Positions 24,085 to 36,833 of a stretch of 64,000 bases of DNA are shown piece by piece. The position numbers and the translations under genes are program-made. Numbering within the stretch: position 1 is the stretch's first letter; each line of letters opens with the position of its first letter. The notes beneath the pieces were generated by a model, which saw only the letters and a program-made list of their open reading frames with translations, had not been told where the DNA came from and did not search any database. This DNA comes from Nemertoderma westbladi (Eukaryota; Animalia; Xenacoelomorpha): positions 1-64,000 of the forward strand of contig JAUCBJ010000087.1 of NCBI GenBank assembly GCA_032718475.1, in the 5' to 3' direction.

Positions 24085-25011
24085 CTTGAGGTACAACTGG
24101 TTCGCGGTTACCCCAATATCGTCTCCATGGTGCGTCGGCTGCAATTCTAGAATATCGCCGAAGCAACCCAAGGACATTGGGTAATTACTCATCGCGCCTC
24201 GACTATACAATGTGTACAACAGCTGTCGTTGTAACCGCACCATCTGCTGGCTATCCAAACTGTGTGTGATGGAAGGATTGATAGCAGTGACGGTGGCAAC
24301 CACCTCCATCTCCCTGGAACAGCGGACCGCCTTCCCGTTGAGGTACAACCACCCGCGACTCTTCAACCCTTCCCCTACCAGCACACCCCGTTTATCCTCC
24401 AAACCCTTCCCGTGCCACGTGATCTCCATCTCGAGACACTCTGGTGATTTGGGATCGACCACCTCCAACCACGAGTGATCCTCAGATAGGACTAAACGCA
24501 CGTCGTTTAAACCGAGTTGGCGAAAAGCCGAGAGCACGGCGATGGCGACGCCAAAACAATCGAGTTTCTTCTCGGTTAAGTAGCTGTACAGCGTCTGTAT
24601 GTGCGCGCGGTCTTTGTTGTACGATGGGTTTAATTTGAACCAGACTGTGTCGGAAACAGCCCGGATAAGTTCCCGAGACACCGGATGCGTGCTGTACCTC
24701 AGCGGGTCGATGTATGTCTTTACGTAGGTGTCGAATGTTTTATAAAGGCTGCTGACGAGGTCCCAGTTCACCGCGGGGAAGGGGATCTTGTCGAGTTTCG
24801 AGCTATCCGTTGCCGCGCCAGCCGGGATGCATTGCGGGTCGGTTAACTTGGATTCTATCACCCCCAATACTAAGGATAATAAAGTTATATTCGGCCCCAA
24901 TTCGTGGTCTAAATTTCTTTCAAATAATTTAATTACTTTCTCGACTGAAGTCAATGGGAAACAAGGTTTAAACTCGTTAAAAGCCACAAACTTCCTATCT
25001 TTACTTTGCAT
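24085..25011 (-). CDS. MEN1: Menin, first coding exon (309 aa)
   Basis: FPLTSVEKVIKLF, PNITLLSLVLGVIE, SRELIRAVSDTVW, SYNKDRAHIQTLYSYLT.KKLDCFGVA, LSEDHSW, EITWHGKGLEDKRG, WLYLNG, AINPSI, YPMSLG: menin N-terminal, thumb and palm motifs. Confidence 0.96.
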
Positions 25012-25185
25012 TTTTCTCGGTTTTTATTTCACATGAAAGTTATATTGCAGTATTGTATGCTAAAAACAAATAAACTGTACCTACAACTGTCAGACTGTAA
25101 TAGGCTGATAGTGGATAGGATAGGCCTAGTAGCCTAGGGTAGCAGGGTAGGATAGGCCTAAATACCGAAATACTGAAATAGGGTA

Positions 25186-27332
25186 CCGTAGTTAGGCACA
25201 ACATTGGCCCACTTTCAGCTACAAATTGTAAAGGAAGGCTTACCCCTATAATTTGAGTTAACATTGGCTAGATAATTGCATAGTTACACATGTTAAGATT
25301 CACTTTCAACCTTTATGGCTGACTTTGTCATCCATAAAGGTTGATTTTTTTTAAAATAAAAAGTGGCCAAAGTTGTAACAGAAAGTTTCAACATTGGCCC
25401 ACCAACAAAATTTAGTATTAAAATGTATAAATTCACCTATCTTGCAATGTTGTACTTTTATTGTTCATCTTTGACCCATCAGAGGGAATTTTAAAAAAAT
25501 ACATAACCACCCCCCCCCCCCCCCCCCCAACAAAACAAATAAACAAAGAGGTAATCTATCAACACCATAGCTGCATAGTGATTGCATAGTTGCCGTATTG
25601 CTTAAGTCAATAGTTAATAAGCCAAGACAAAGCAAAACAGAATTTAGAAGACAAAGATACAAAGTATCTAAAAGAACAAACATAGTTCTTATCTATCACA
25701 TTAATTGCATATATAGTAAGTAGTATTGCACATAGATAGTTTAAAATTGCCAAAATAATTCAATTGTTCATATTCTCGAGATCGTCGAGGTCAGCCATTA
25801 CTGGCATGTAATCAATATCCCGATCATAATCAGCTATACCTTCTATCTCATCACTTCCAAGATGCTCACCATAACCATAATCAGTAACCCCTGGATTGAT
25901 ATCCACATCAGAATTGTCTCATCATAATCTGCATTGTCTTCATCCTCATAACTTGTAGCCGCATTATAATCAGTATCCTCTTCATTATCAAAATACTCAT
26001 CAGTGTCCCCCTCATAATCGGTATCACCATCACTATTAACACCAACAGCTTTATCAGTATTGCTGTTGCCAACATTGCTCACATCACTTTCACTAAATGA
26101 TTCATCTTGGGATCTCACACTCTTGCCAGGTTGTACTTCTAGACGAGATTTTTTCTTGCGTTTATTAAGACCTTGTGGACCGCGGAGTTGCTCCAGGTGA
26201 TCAATGACAGAACTATCTATAGCAGCTCCTACATCAGCAGGTGCTAGTGTAGCAGATGGTAAGTTCTTAAGAACAGCGTGACGATCTAAAGGATATATTC
26301 CACATGCCCGGAACCCACTACGGATGTTATCGCTCTTTGTTTCTAAGGCATCAAAGAGATTCTTAAGCAAAGTTGGGAATTTTTCTTTTGGTACTGTGAC
26401 ATTACTTCGAGGATTTGAAGATTTCCAAAGGTCAAGTTGTTTCCGCCAAATACGTTTCATTGGGCCGAAAAATGCACGGTCAAGGGGCTGGGTCAAATGT
26501 GTCGAGTTCGCTGGTAAACATATGAACTTTATGTCGTTGCGATCACACAGTTTGAGGACTTCACCACTGAAGTGTGATGAAAGATTGTCGCCTATGACAA
26601 CCTTGGAACCTTTCAGTTTCTTGAGATACGGTAGTGCCACCTTAATGAACCAGTCAGTAAAATATATTGTATCATACCACCCACTCTTTGTCCTACCGAA
26701 TCTTGTCCCAAGGGGCCCACCATGAGTCCAGGTATCATATAAATGAACAGCATTATATACTACATGGATAGGTAGCATGGTCCCATCAGCAGCACCAGAA
26801 ACCATTATGGAGGTAGATGCTTTTGAAGAATTCTTTATCCTCTCTGGGTACTAATTCACATAATTCACATACATCTTCTAACTAACTATTGGGTGTAAAA
26901 TACCAAATGACTGGGCCAAAGTTGTCCCATTTACGAAAATATTTAGGTTCCAACATTGCCCACCCTATGAGAAGATATTATATATAATGACAGATGCAAA
27001 ATAATGGTGTCAAACATTTTCAAATTTATCATATTTGTAGATTTAGTAACAACCGGGATTGTATTAATTACCTTTGCCACACTACAGCACAAGCTCCAAA
27101 GTGTAATTTTATAACTAAATTTAGTAACATATTTTAATGATCTAGTCTGTAAACAAAAATTATTTGCAACCTATGTAAATTATAAGAAAAAGTTAAAGGA
27201 CACATTAAACCATCAACCTGATGTGTTCCTACGGTTTGCAAATAAAATCGAACAGATTTATAGCAATATATGATATTTTTTTCTAGTTGGGTCAATGTTG
27301 TACCCATGGGCTAAAGTTGTGCCTAAGTACGG
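25186..27332 (-). mobile_element. pogo/Tigger-type DNA transposon, internally deleted
   Basis: TIRs CCGTAGTTAGGCACAAC / GTTGTGCCTAAGTACGG with TA on both sides; contains a DDE_1 ORF. Confidence 0.85.
25843..26850 (-). pseudogene. pogo-family DDE_1 transposase lacking its N-terminal DNA-binding region
   Basis: KSGWYD..FTDWF, VIGDNLSSH, LPANSTHLTQPLDRAFFGPMKRIWR, NIRSGFRACGIYPLD. Confidence 0.88.
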
Positions 27333-27675
27333 TAGGCTATGTTGTAGGTAGGCCTACTGACTGACTGAAAAAAAGTCAAATAATAGGCCTACCTGCCTAC
27401 CGGTACAGTCTGACAGTAAAAAGCCTACAATACCGGTAACAGCGTACCGGTACGTACACCTACACCGTACAGTCTGACAGTATGGTAGGGCGGGGCAATT
27501 CCGGACTGCCGGACATGGGCAATTCGGGACAAGCATGCAAATGCCTACTGCAATCCTGGTCTATTGTATTTCTGTATTTCATAAAACCAGTGGGTATTTA
27601 TTTATATTATAATGCCACGTAGGCCTACTAACGTAATTATAAATGCAAGAAACCACCACACACCACGCACCATGC

Positions 27676-28464
27676 GGTATTTAGTACGTTTGAACGACAC
27701 TCAGCACTAGCCAAACAAGCTTGAAATCAGATAATTAATGGTACCGGTACCGGTATAGCAGTATTATGCGCCACCTTGAGGATTGCGCGGGTATTATTTA
27801 TTAAGTTCTTTGAAGGGAATTTATTATTTTAATGTAGTCTACATTGCAAGCTAATAACGCTGTTACGGTTGCTTATTTCATATGTTGGCCCTGAAAAGGG
27901 CCTTTTGGGTTGGTTTAAGACGTACAGTAGTTGCGGCCTTGAAAAAGGCCGTTTGTGTCGGTTTGGGCAATAAGTCGTACAGTACAGCAGTACTGTAGTT
28001 GGCCCTGAAAAGGGCTTTGAAGGTCGTATAGACATTCAGAAGGGTAGTAATGTTTGAAAAGAGCAAGGAGATTAGAGAAAGGTGATTGAAATGTCTCAAA
28101 CCACATTCCAGAACGTGCAGTTCGTTTGTGCTTATTAGTACCAGAGCATCGCTAAACAAGCCACGTGAATCCCCTGTTTGCCTGTCCTTCGCCAGCGCAA
28201 TTTTAGATTGTGCATTGGTGGCCCATTCGGTTGTAGAGGACGGAGGAGAAGCTCCGCGCGCTTTGCGCAAACTCAATATAGCTAACAGTAGGACCAATAC
28301 AGTAAGTAGTGTTTTAGTATAATACAATACTAATGGTATAAGACAATCCGCATTGCCCTCAAGATGGCGCACCATACTGCTATACCGGTACCGGTACAAA
28401 TTTTTATCAGTTTCTATCTGATTTCAGGATTGTTTGGCTAGTGTCGTTCAAACGTACAAATACC
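27676..28464. mobile_element. MITE with long imperfect TIRs
   Basis: GTACGTTTGAACGACAC..TAGCCAAACAA..TGAAATCAGATA..TACCGGTATAGCAGTA is mirrored at 28345-28464. CACCACGCA on both flanks may be a 9-bp TSD. Confidence 0.7.
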
Positions 28465-29009
28465 CCACCACGCAGGTACACCGACAGTCGGGGAGAAGTT
28501 ATATTTCCATCTGAGTTGAAATTTGATCTTCATCTTTTAAAATTAAACTTTTTATTAAAATTCAACTTTTAAAGTAGGATTTGAAATTCAACTTTTTGAG
28601 TAGGTTTGGAAATACTTAAATATCGAATTGGAATTCATTACTGGAATTCCATTATTATTGTTATAATTATGACGTACAGAGTTAATTTAATATGTCTAAC
28701 AAATTCCAGTAATATTTCAGCTAATTTCGAAATGTAATCACCTAAAATATTAAAAAAAAAGTAATCCCAACGATGAACGTTTCTATTCCATCGGTAATGA
28801 AGGGGAGAGTTAATTTATCGAGTTATATCCATAAAAACAATAAAAACACCCCTTCTATCACGTCTTGGGGGCCTTCTGGGCTTCCTGCCATTTTAGAGTT
28901 GAATTTTCAACTTAAAAGTTGAATTTTGAAAAAAAAGTTTTAAATTTCAACTGCCAATGAAGATTTGAAGGGAGCTGTACAGTATATAGGTACCATGAGG
29001 AGAAAGGAA

Positions 29010-29240
29010 GCGGGCACGCGGGTTATCAATTCGCCAGCTAGAGGAAGAAACAGGAATTAAAAGGAGCACCATAGGTCAGTGGATTAAAAGTAACTGGACT
29101 GAGACTTAATGTCTTTAAAAGATGGAGGTGGAAGAGGCGAGGATGGATCGCCTCCGGACCTCGTCCCACTGGTACGACCAGCATCTTTATCAAGAACAAC
29201 TCGAAATTGATAGAGCGGCGGAAGCAGAACGGTTGTACCA
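29010..29240 (+). pseudogene. Helix-turn-helix remnant, probably a transposase N-terminus
   Basis: GLSIRQLEEETGIKRSTIGQWIKS resembles a psq/CENP-B-type HTH; followed by a stop. Confidence 0.45.
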
Positions 29241-30564
29241 CCACCACCACCACAACCACACCACCCCCCCCCCCCCCCCCCTTCCCACATGAGAACTGGG
29301 AGACCCCCGAAGATTTCATAGAGGAATCCTGGTGTAGGTTATAATTATTATAATATAAATTACTTTATACTATACTATACTTTATAATATAAATAATATA
29401 ATATAATTTAATATAGAATTACTTACGCTAGACACAAAGTAAGCTAACAGATAATAGAGTTCGACCCCTCATGCTTGAATTTGAAAATAAAAAATCTATA
29501 ATTACTACAATATGCGTGTCCAATATACAGTATATTCTCACAATTCATAATTTACATAATTCAGGGTTGTACTGTAGCTAATAAATAGCGCTTTATTATT
29601 AATTATATGGTACCCGCATTTTCTCACCAATAATTTAATTTTAAAATCAACCTGTTTAATAGTTCGTGTTTCGGTATTGAGTTTCAAACGATAGTAACGA
29701 TAGTTTGTTTTAGATAATGAAATTCTTTAAATCATTTATTATATAGACCTACTGTACGATTGTAACTGCGGTGCTGGGGAACATCATTATTGTTGCATCA
29801 TAAGCTTTATAAATAAACATGTTAACCACTTCATTAAGAGACCGCTTAAAGTTGGAAGGCCTTGTCATTTCGGACCTGGTAGACATAGAGCCATCACTGA
29901 AGAGGTAGAATAATTTATGGTTTCAGTACCTGAATATCTTGGCTATACTGGTTGGCTTTTCGACAAAAATCCAATAGTATCTACATCATTGTCCAGAATA
30001 GGGGGTGGTTTCCCTTCACTTCTATGGGGCTTTCTTTTATTCCTACCTGTCCCATATACGTTGTGTAATGATTTCCAACCTGTCCCATATAGGGGCATCC
30101 AATCAAATCATCATATGAGCCACGACCTCTTCATCGGACCAATACTAACATTCCTAAAGTTAGGCATCTCCCTTATTGGCTATTAAATGTAAAGGTTGAT
30201 GGAAAATTCTGGAAAAAAGTGTCAACTACGAATGCGGGGATCATTATAACAACCTATACTGGACAGAGCAACGTATTTGGGACAAGAGCTGGTTGAGGTA
30301 TATCCCCTAGTTATTCCCTAGTTATGGTTAAAGATATATTTTGAGCGCCTTGCAAATGGCTTGTAAGACTGTGATGCATTATAGGCTATAGTGTCATCAT
30401 AGTCACATTATCTCGTTTCATGTTGTGCAATTTATTCATATTGTGAAATTTATTCATGTTGTGCAATTTATTCATTTATAATAAATCTAAATAATTTGTT
30501 TAATAATAATTAAATATAATTAAATTATTAATATCGCACCCTTATCCCCCAGATTCAACTTCAT

Positions 30565-31225
30565 CTCAGATGGAATGGATGGACAGGGGATGTCGGGGGT
30601 AGATAGAGTGAGTGGACAGGGGATGTCGGAGGTAGTAGGAGTAGATGAACAGTAGGTGTCGGGGCAGATGGAATGGGTGGACAAGGGATATCGGAGGTAG
30701 ATGGAGTTGGTGGACAGGGGATGTCGGAGGTAGATGGAGTTGGTGGACAGGGGATGTCAGAGGTAGATGGAGTTGGTGGATGGGGGATATCGAAGGTAGA
30801 TGGAGTTGGTGGATGGGGGATGTCGGAGGTAGATGGAGTGGATGAACAGGTGATATTGGAGAAGATAGGTGGAGTGGGTGGACAGGGGATGTCGAGATTG
30901 ATGGAGTGGGTGGACATGGGATGTCAGAGGTAGATGGAGCGTGTGGACAGGGGATGTCAGAGGTAGATGGAGTGGGTGGACAGGGAATGTAGATAGGGGA
31001 TGTAGACAGGGGATGGCGGAGGTAGATGAAGTGTGTGGACAAGGGATGTTGGAGGTAGATGGAGTGGACGGACAGGGGAAGTCAGAAGTAAATGGAGTGG
31101 ATGGACTGGGGGTATCGGAGGTACACGGAGTTGGTGGACAGGGGATGTCTGAGGTAGATGGAGTGGATGGACAGGGAATGTCGGAGGTAGATGGAGTGGA
31201 TGAACGGGGGATGTTGGTGTTGGTA
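30565..31225. repeat. 33-bp G-rich minisatellite (GGACAGGGGATGTCGGAGGTAGATGGAGTTGGT, ~20 degenerate copies)
   Basis: Tandem periodicity; the source of the repetitive ORFs in several frames. Confidence 0.9.
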
Positions 31226-31624
31226 GATGGATTTATAAAGGATTTGATAATGTTTATGATCTGGATGGAGAGAATAACATTGTCCAACAGTTAGCATATC
31301 CACGAAATCAGGGGATTTTGCATGGTAATGCCACATCAGCCCAAAGCAGATGTCGATCTCCTGATGATAGACGTATCAGGGATTCTCATAAACAAGCATT
31401 GTGCGATGCTGCTGGTTGCAGATATAAGTGCGAGTTGGGCTGTAAAGAGAAGATTAACAGTGAACATCGTCAGGAAATTCAAGATACCTCCTGGAGTTTA
31501 CACAGTAATGAACGTAAGCAGCTTCTAATGAGCTTTGTTGAAAAACTATTTACTACACATTTCTCTGGTATAATTTTAATATTAAAAAATGAAATATAAA
31601 TGCACAATAAATAAACACCTATAT

Positions 31625-32810
31625 TTCACGCCAGCCGGAAAAGCGTCCAACAAACATGGTGTAGAGCACCACATCGTTACTGAGGGACCTCCTCTATACG
31701 CGCGCGCCCGTCGTCTCGACTCCGAGGAACTCACGGTGGCCAAAGCCGAGTTCGCCAGGATGGAGGAACTAGGAATAATACGGCGTTCGAACTAACCGTG
31801 GGCCTCCCCACTACACATCGCCCCTAAACCCGGTGGTGGTTGGTGGCCCTGTGGGGACTACTGCCGGCTCAACGACGCCACCGTAGATGACCGATACCCC
31901 CTACCGCACATCCAAGACTTCAACAGTCACCTGGTGGGTATGTCGGTCTTCTCCAAGATCGACTTGGTACGGGGATACCATCAGATCCCCATGGCAACCG
32001 AAGACACCCGGAAGACAGCGATTATCACACCCTTCGGCCTTTGGGAGTTCCTCCAAATGCCGTTTGGGCTGAAGAACGCCGCCCAGGCGTTTCAATGCCT
32101 CATGGATGGCATTCTACGCGGCATCCCGTTCGTGTTTGTTTACCTTGATGACATCCTGGTAGCCAGCCGAACCGTCGCCGAACATCTCGACCACCTCCGC
32201 CAAGTCTTCCAACTCCTCTTGGACAATGGAATGGTCATAAACTGCGCCAATTGCATCTTTTGTGCGCCCGAGTTAACCTATCTCGGCCACAAAGTTACAT
32301 CCTCCGGAATCCTCCCCCTCGAGGACCGTGTTGACACAATCCGGAACTACCCGACTCCAGACTCTAAACTCAGCCTCCAGCGGTTCCTCGGATGGTAAAC
32401 TATTACCACCGCTTCATGCCAAGGTTGGCAGACAAACTTTGCCCACTCTATGAGGCAACCAAGCCCAAGGGTAAGGAGATAATTTGGACACCTAAATGCC
32501 AAGCCACGTTTGAATCCGCCAAGTCGTTCCTGGCCGCTGCAACCCTCTTTCACCACCCTAATTCGACCGCTAATACCAGTATCACGGTCGATGCCTCTGA
32601 TCGAGCTGTCGGCGCTAAATTGGAGCAGCTCCATGGCCATGTGTGGTATCCCATCGCGTTTTTCTCGCGTAAACTCTTGGCAGCCGAGGTTAAATACAGC
32701 GCATTTGATCGCGAGTTACTGGCTGTATACCTCGCCATCAAACACTTTCGGCACTTCGTAGAAGGTCGAACATTCACCGTATATACCGACAATAAACCAC
32801 TCACGTCAGA
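31625..32810 (+). pseudogene. Ty3/Gypsy pol fragment (RT + RNase H), degraded
   Basis: HGVEHHIVTEGPP, FSKIDLVRGYHQIP, MPFGLKNAAQAFQ, YLDD at 32141-32152, VDASDRAVGA, YSAFDRELLAVYLAIKHF, YTDNKPL; with stops and frameshifts. Confidence 0.92.
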
Positions 32811-35207
32811 CTGGAAAACATATATTATCATTATCTGATTATACTGTTTTAATATTATATTATCGAATCCATATTTAGACACATTAATGTTAAATATTTT
32901 AGCATGACGCTAAAATGGTTAGAAAATGGAAGCAATCTCCCGGGAACAAGTGTTAATATAAATTATATAAATTATAATTAATTAATTATTAATTAAATTA
33001 ATTAAAGACAGTGATTCTCTCAACCCAGAACTTGATATATAGGGGGCCACCAGGTAAACATCCTCACGTATACATTGGATTCAATAACATTGCTTTAAGG
33101 GAATTCCATACATTGGGTAACAAGGTTGTTGCTATATATGATAATGAATGGTTTCTACTTTCTAGCAGATGTGTTACAAGTTAATTCAGATGATTTGAAT
33201 GTTTCCTTTATTGGAGTTCCAACTTTACTGAAGTTCCAATGAAATCAATTCTTGGGAGATTTCATGATGACCTGCTAATACCAGTAGGAACTCGAGGTCA
33301 ATATAAAACAGACACCACAACAATGAATGCAATAGAAACTGCTTTTGAATAATATAATACTTCTTGATAGACAGGTTCTACCTATGCAACTGAATGCTAT
33401 AATGCCCAAATACGAAGTATGCTTATTTTTTTTAAAATAAATAAAACATTTAGATTTTTGCCAATTTTTAATTGTAATAGGATAACCACATCGCCTACTG
33501 CAAAATTTCTAAAAGATCTAAACCAAAAATCTAATAGCTAATCATTTTAATTACAACTCTACTAGCTCATCATTATGTAAAAATTAAAAAAAATAAAATA
33601 AAATCACAAAAAACACATAAAAAAAAACACATTTTCGTCACCCAGGCCACAGTACTACCTAATAATTATTGTAAAGCGAAAATACAAATCTTCTTAAATA
33701 GGGAGATATTCTACATATTAAATGGCGGCGTACATTTACCTTTAAAATTGACGTAGCAACTTCGATAGAATCGGGTTCCCAAAATAGTTAGGTCTTCAAG
33801 CCCACCATCTACCAAATCCAAAGGAATCTTCACATTTCCATCTAATTCTTCCTATCGCGGCAATCTTATTTCGCAAAGGACAAAAGTCCTTCTCATATTG
33901 CTATCGCTGCATTTTATCTTGGGTTTCCAACTTTTGGATTTTTTGGATCAATATAAAGCAGTAGATCCAGATAAGGCAATCTTTCGCAAAACGAAATGTC
34001 ACATTAATCACAATTTTTTTAGTTATTTAGCCAAAGCACTCGTCTCCTCCAACTCTCTTTATGGCCCCTTTTCATTGCCTAAATGTAGCCTATTACTGCA
34101 ATGTTTTGAAATATGTATTACATTAAACATAATATTTTAGAATGTTTACTGCTGTTGCTAACACATTCTCTATATACATAGCTTAACATTTTTCGGTAAT
34201 TTTTTTTTATGATTTTACCCTCAAAACAAACGGCAATAAAAAAAATTGCTCAACCTTTCCCAAAGTCTTTATAGCGAAAATGTATTGTTATAATGTGGAC
34301 CAACATCATGGGCAAATAAAATTGCAGTCATACGCTGGAGAACGGTTCGTCAGTAAAATGTACCAAGCGTCTACTCGACTAATATGAACTGCCTAGAGAA
34401 TGTATTTCTATTTAATGAGTTTCCACAGTGACAATAATAATAAGCTATTAATAGATATTACAATTAACCAAATATAATTAACAACTAAATTATTCTGAAC
34501 AATAAAAGTTATAAACTACACTTTATTATGCAATGGAATAAAAAATAAGGTGATTGTTCCCAGATGAGATCCAGGCTAAAAATCGACATGGCTCACATAT
34601 TTCAACAATGATTCATCCATTCCGAGCTCAGATTACATGATAGCCCCTGTACATAATTCAGTTAATTGAGGATCATACTCACCAGTCAATCTCCAGTCTC
34701 GCCAATTATAGAATTAGCAGTGAATAGGCTACCAAGGTAATTGTAGAGTAGAGGTAACCTCAGTGAACTCACCACCTGCATTAATTAAGTGATCTGTATT
34801 ACACCTGATAAACTCGGTGGAAAGCACCTCTTAGTTTTTCATCAATTAACATTCAGAAACAATCCAGACGGGGGGTCTGGATTGGGTCCAGCTTGGACTT
34901 TCCAAATTATAGAGTTAGTGATGGCTTTTCCTGGGATTATCTTTCCATGCTTTCTCGACTGTGGCTTTGATCTGGAACAACATGTTTGTAAATAAGATCT
35001 GCAACCAAATCTGTGATCTCATTGATACATCAGTAGTTATATTTGCTAAGTGCTTCTTTCGGAACATGATTTCTATCCACTGGATATAGTCTACAAGCCT
35101 TAAATCCGGCACTATCATATTATTATCATAATCATATTGGCACTACTCTTACTTTAACTTCTTGATACCATGTTTCAAGTCTCCAATCAGACAAAACAGA
35201 CCTCCAG

Positions 35208-35500
35208 TATGGTGGCTCATGGAGGCCAACTGAAAAAAATATGTATATGTGGCACCCATGGTCTACACTTCTAATTAAGTCATTCATGGGTCATGGAGGC
35301 CACCTATAAAAATATACTTAGCTTCCACGGTTCAAATAATAAACAAGTATCATAATTAATATTGTAGTATTATTTGTATTGGCACTCATGGGCCAGTGTT
35401 ACATTTACATACAGTGTTACAAAAACATAGGTGGCCCATGGAGGCCAACTCCATAGAAAAGCATTATAGTCTTGGCATGGAGGCCATCATGGTGGGAATT
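35208..35500. repeat. Probable DNA-transposon terminus with subterminal CATGGAGGCCA repeats
   Basis: Starts TATGGTGGCTCATGGAGGCCA; four exact CATGGAGGCCA copies plus variants within 300 bp. Confidence 0.5.
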
Positions 35501-35822
35501 TTAAAACCACAGTAGCTGACTGCACTATACTTTCATTTTTGTCTACCTGTACTGGTAGGCCTATTGGTCAGTTTATTAATGGTTAACTATGTTATGTGTG
35601 TTTGTGTACGAGTACCGGTAGTGATTGTGTAGTCAGTTTGTGAAAATATTGTTCTGTTCTGCTCTGCATCTGGCATTTGTCTGTTTGTTATATTCATTTT
35701 TTGTTGATTTTAATTTGTTTCCGAGTACTAGCTGTTAGAAACATCACTATTCTGCTATCAGGCCTACACTAAATGTGATGTCTTGTCTCAAGTTTTCAGA
35801 CATCGAATTGTTAAAAGATAAG

Positions 35823-36620
35823 ATGTCAGAGAAGCGCATGAAGGAAGGGAAGAACCATCCACCATGGTTACTCGTACAGAGAATGCCTAACAAACCGGGC
35901 CGTCTAAATAAATTTGAAATTTAAAAAAGTTATCGGCACTAGGCACTTTGTGCCATTTGATGACATGGAACTAACAAGTGGATAACATTATTCATGCCTG
36001 TGAAAGTAATAAGTAGTAAGTAATAAGTAATAAGTAGGAAGTAATAAGTAGTAAGCGTCGGAATCTAATGGCGCTTTGTTTGCTTCTGATAGAGGTCCAG
36101 TCTGCACTGAGCTCGAGCAGATTCAATCCAAAAAGGTTTACCTTGTTAACTTCAATTCAACAAGTTAGTGTTCTTAATCTGTCTCAATCTGTTCAATCTA
36201 CTCCTACCCAGCTTCCTGTTGATACAACAACTATCGCATTCGCATCAACAAGTAAATCACGAAATTTAAGTGGGTGTTACCCATTGAAGTCAGTCTTTGT
36301 GGCGCAGTTGCTAAATGCTGGTATTTGTGTCAAGCCAAATCAACATGCAACTGTCACGATTGAGCAGTACAATGTGGGAACGGAGTCTTGGGAAGTAGCA
36401 AAACCTATCGAGCTTAGTATAGATTATGAACCATTTGCTGAGGGTGGATCAAGGTTAGCCTATCTCGCTATGGATGACAATAAGAAGAAATGGGTGGTAA
36501 AACGCTATGAAGAAACCACCGCTATGGTGATTGGTGTTGTTGGATTGACCATAGAACAGCACACGCAAACAGGTCCAGGGTCATAGAGTGGCAAGCTACT
36601 TAGCCATACAATTTACTAAA
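35823..36620 (+). pseudogene. Alpha-kinase (eEF2K/MHCK-type) N-lobe fragment
   Basis: WEVAKPIELSIDYEPFAEGGSRLAYLAMDDNKKKWVVKRY fits the alpha-kinase PFxxGxxRxAY...VxK motif; truncated, no C-lobe. Confidence 0.7.
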
Positions 36621-36694
36621 ATCTTTAGATAAGAAACAAATAGATATCCCACCACAGCATTGCATGGTCAAATTAATGGGGAGACAATTGAGTA

Positions 36695-36833
36695 TGGAAA
36701 GTAGGTCGTGTGACAGAAATATTCACAGGAAAGGATGGACATGTGAGAGTCATGGAAGTAAAAGTCAAGGGTAAGGTATACAAAAGAGGGATCATCAAGC
36801 TGTGCCTTCTTGAAGAGGTACAGACACGATTAA
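36695..36833 (+). mobile_element. BEL/Pao integrase C-terminal fragment
   Basis: WKVGRVTEIFTGKDGHVRVMEVKVKGKVYKRGIIKLCLLEE. Confidence 0.8.

Noticed and set aside
29830-30200. Decayed coding remnant on the minus strand
   Set aside because: Coding-like composition but many stops and no motif I can name.
30561-31336. Pro-rich or Gly-rich protein genes (also 52323-52985)
   Set aside because: ORFs in many frames arise from minisatellite periodicity; no supporting gene structure.
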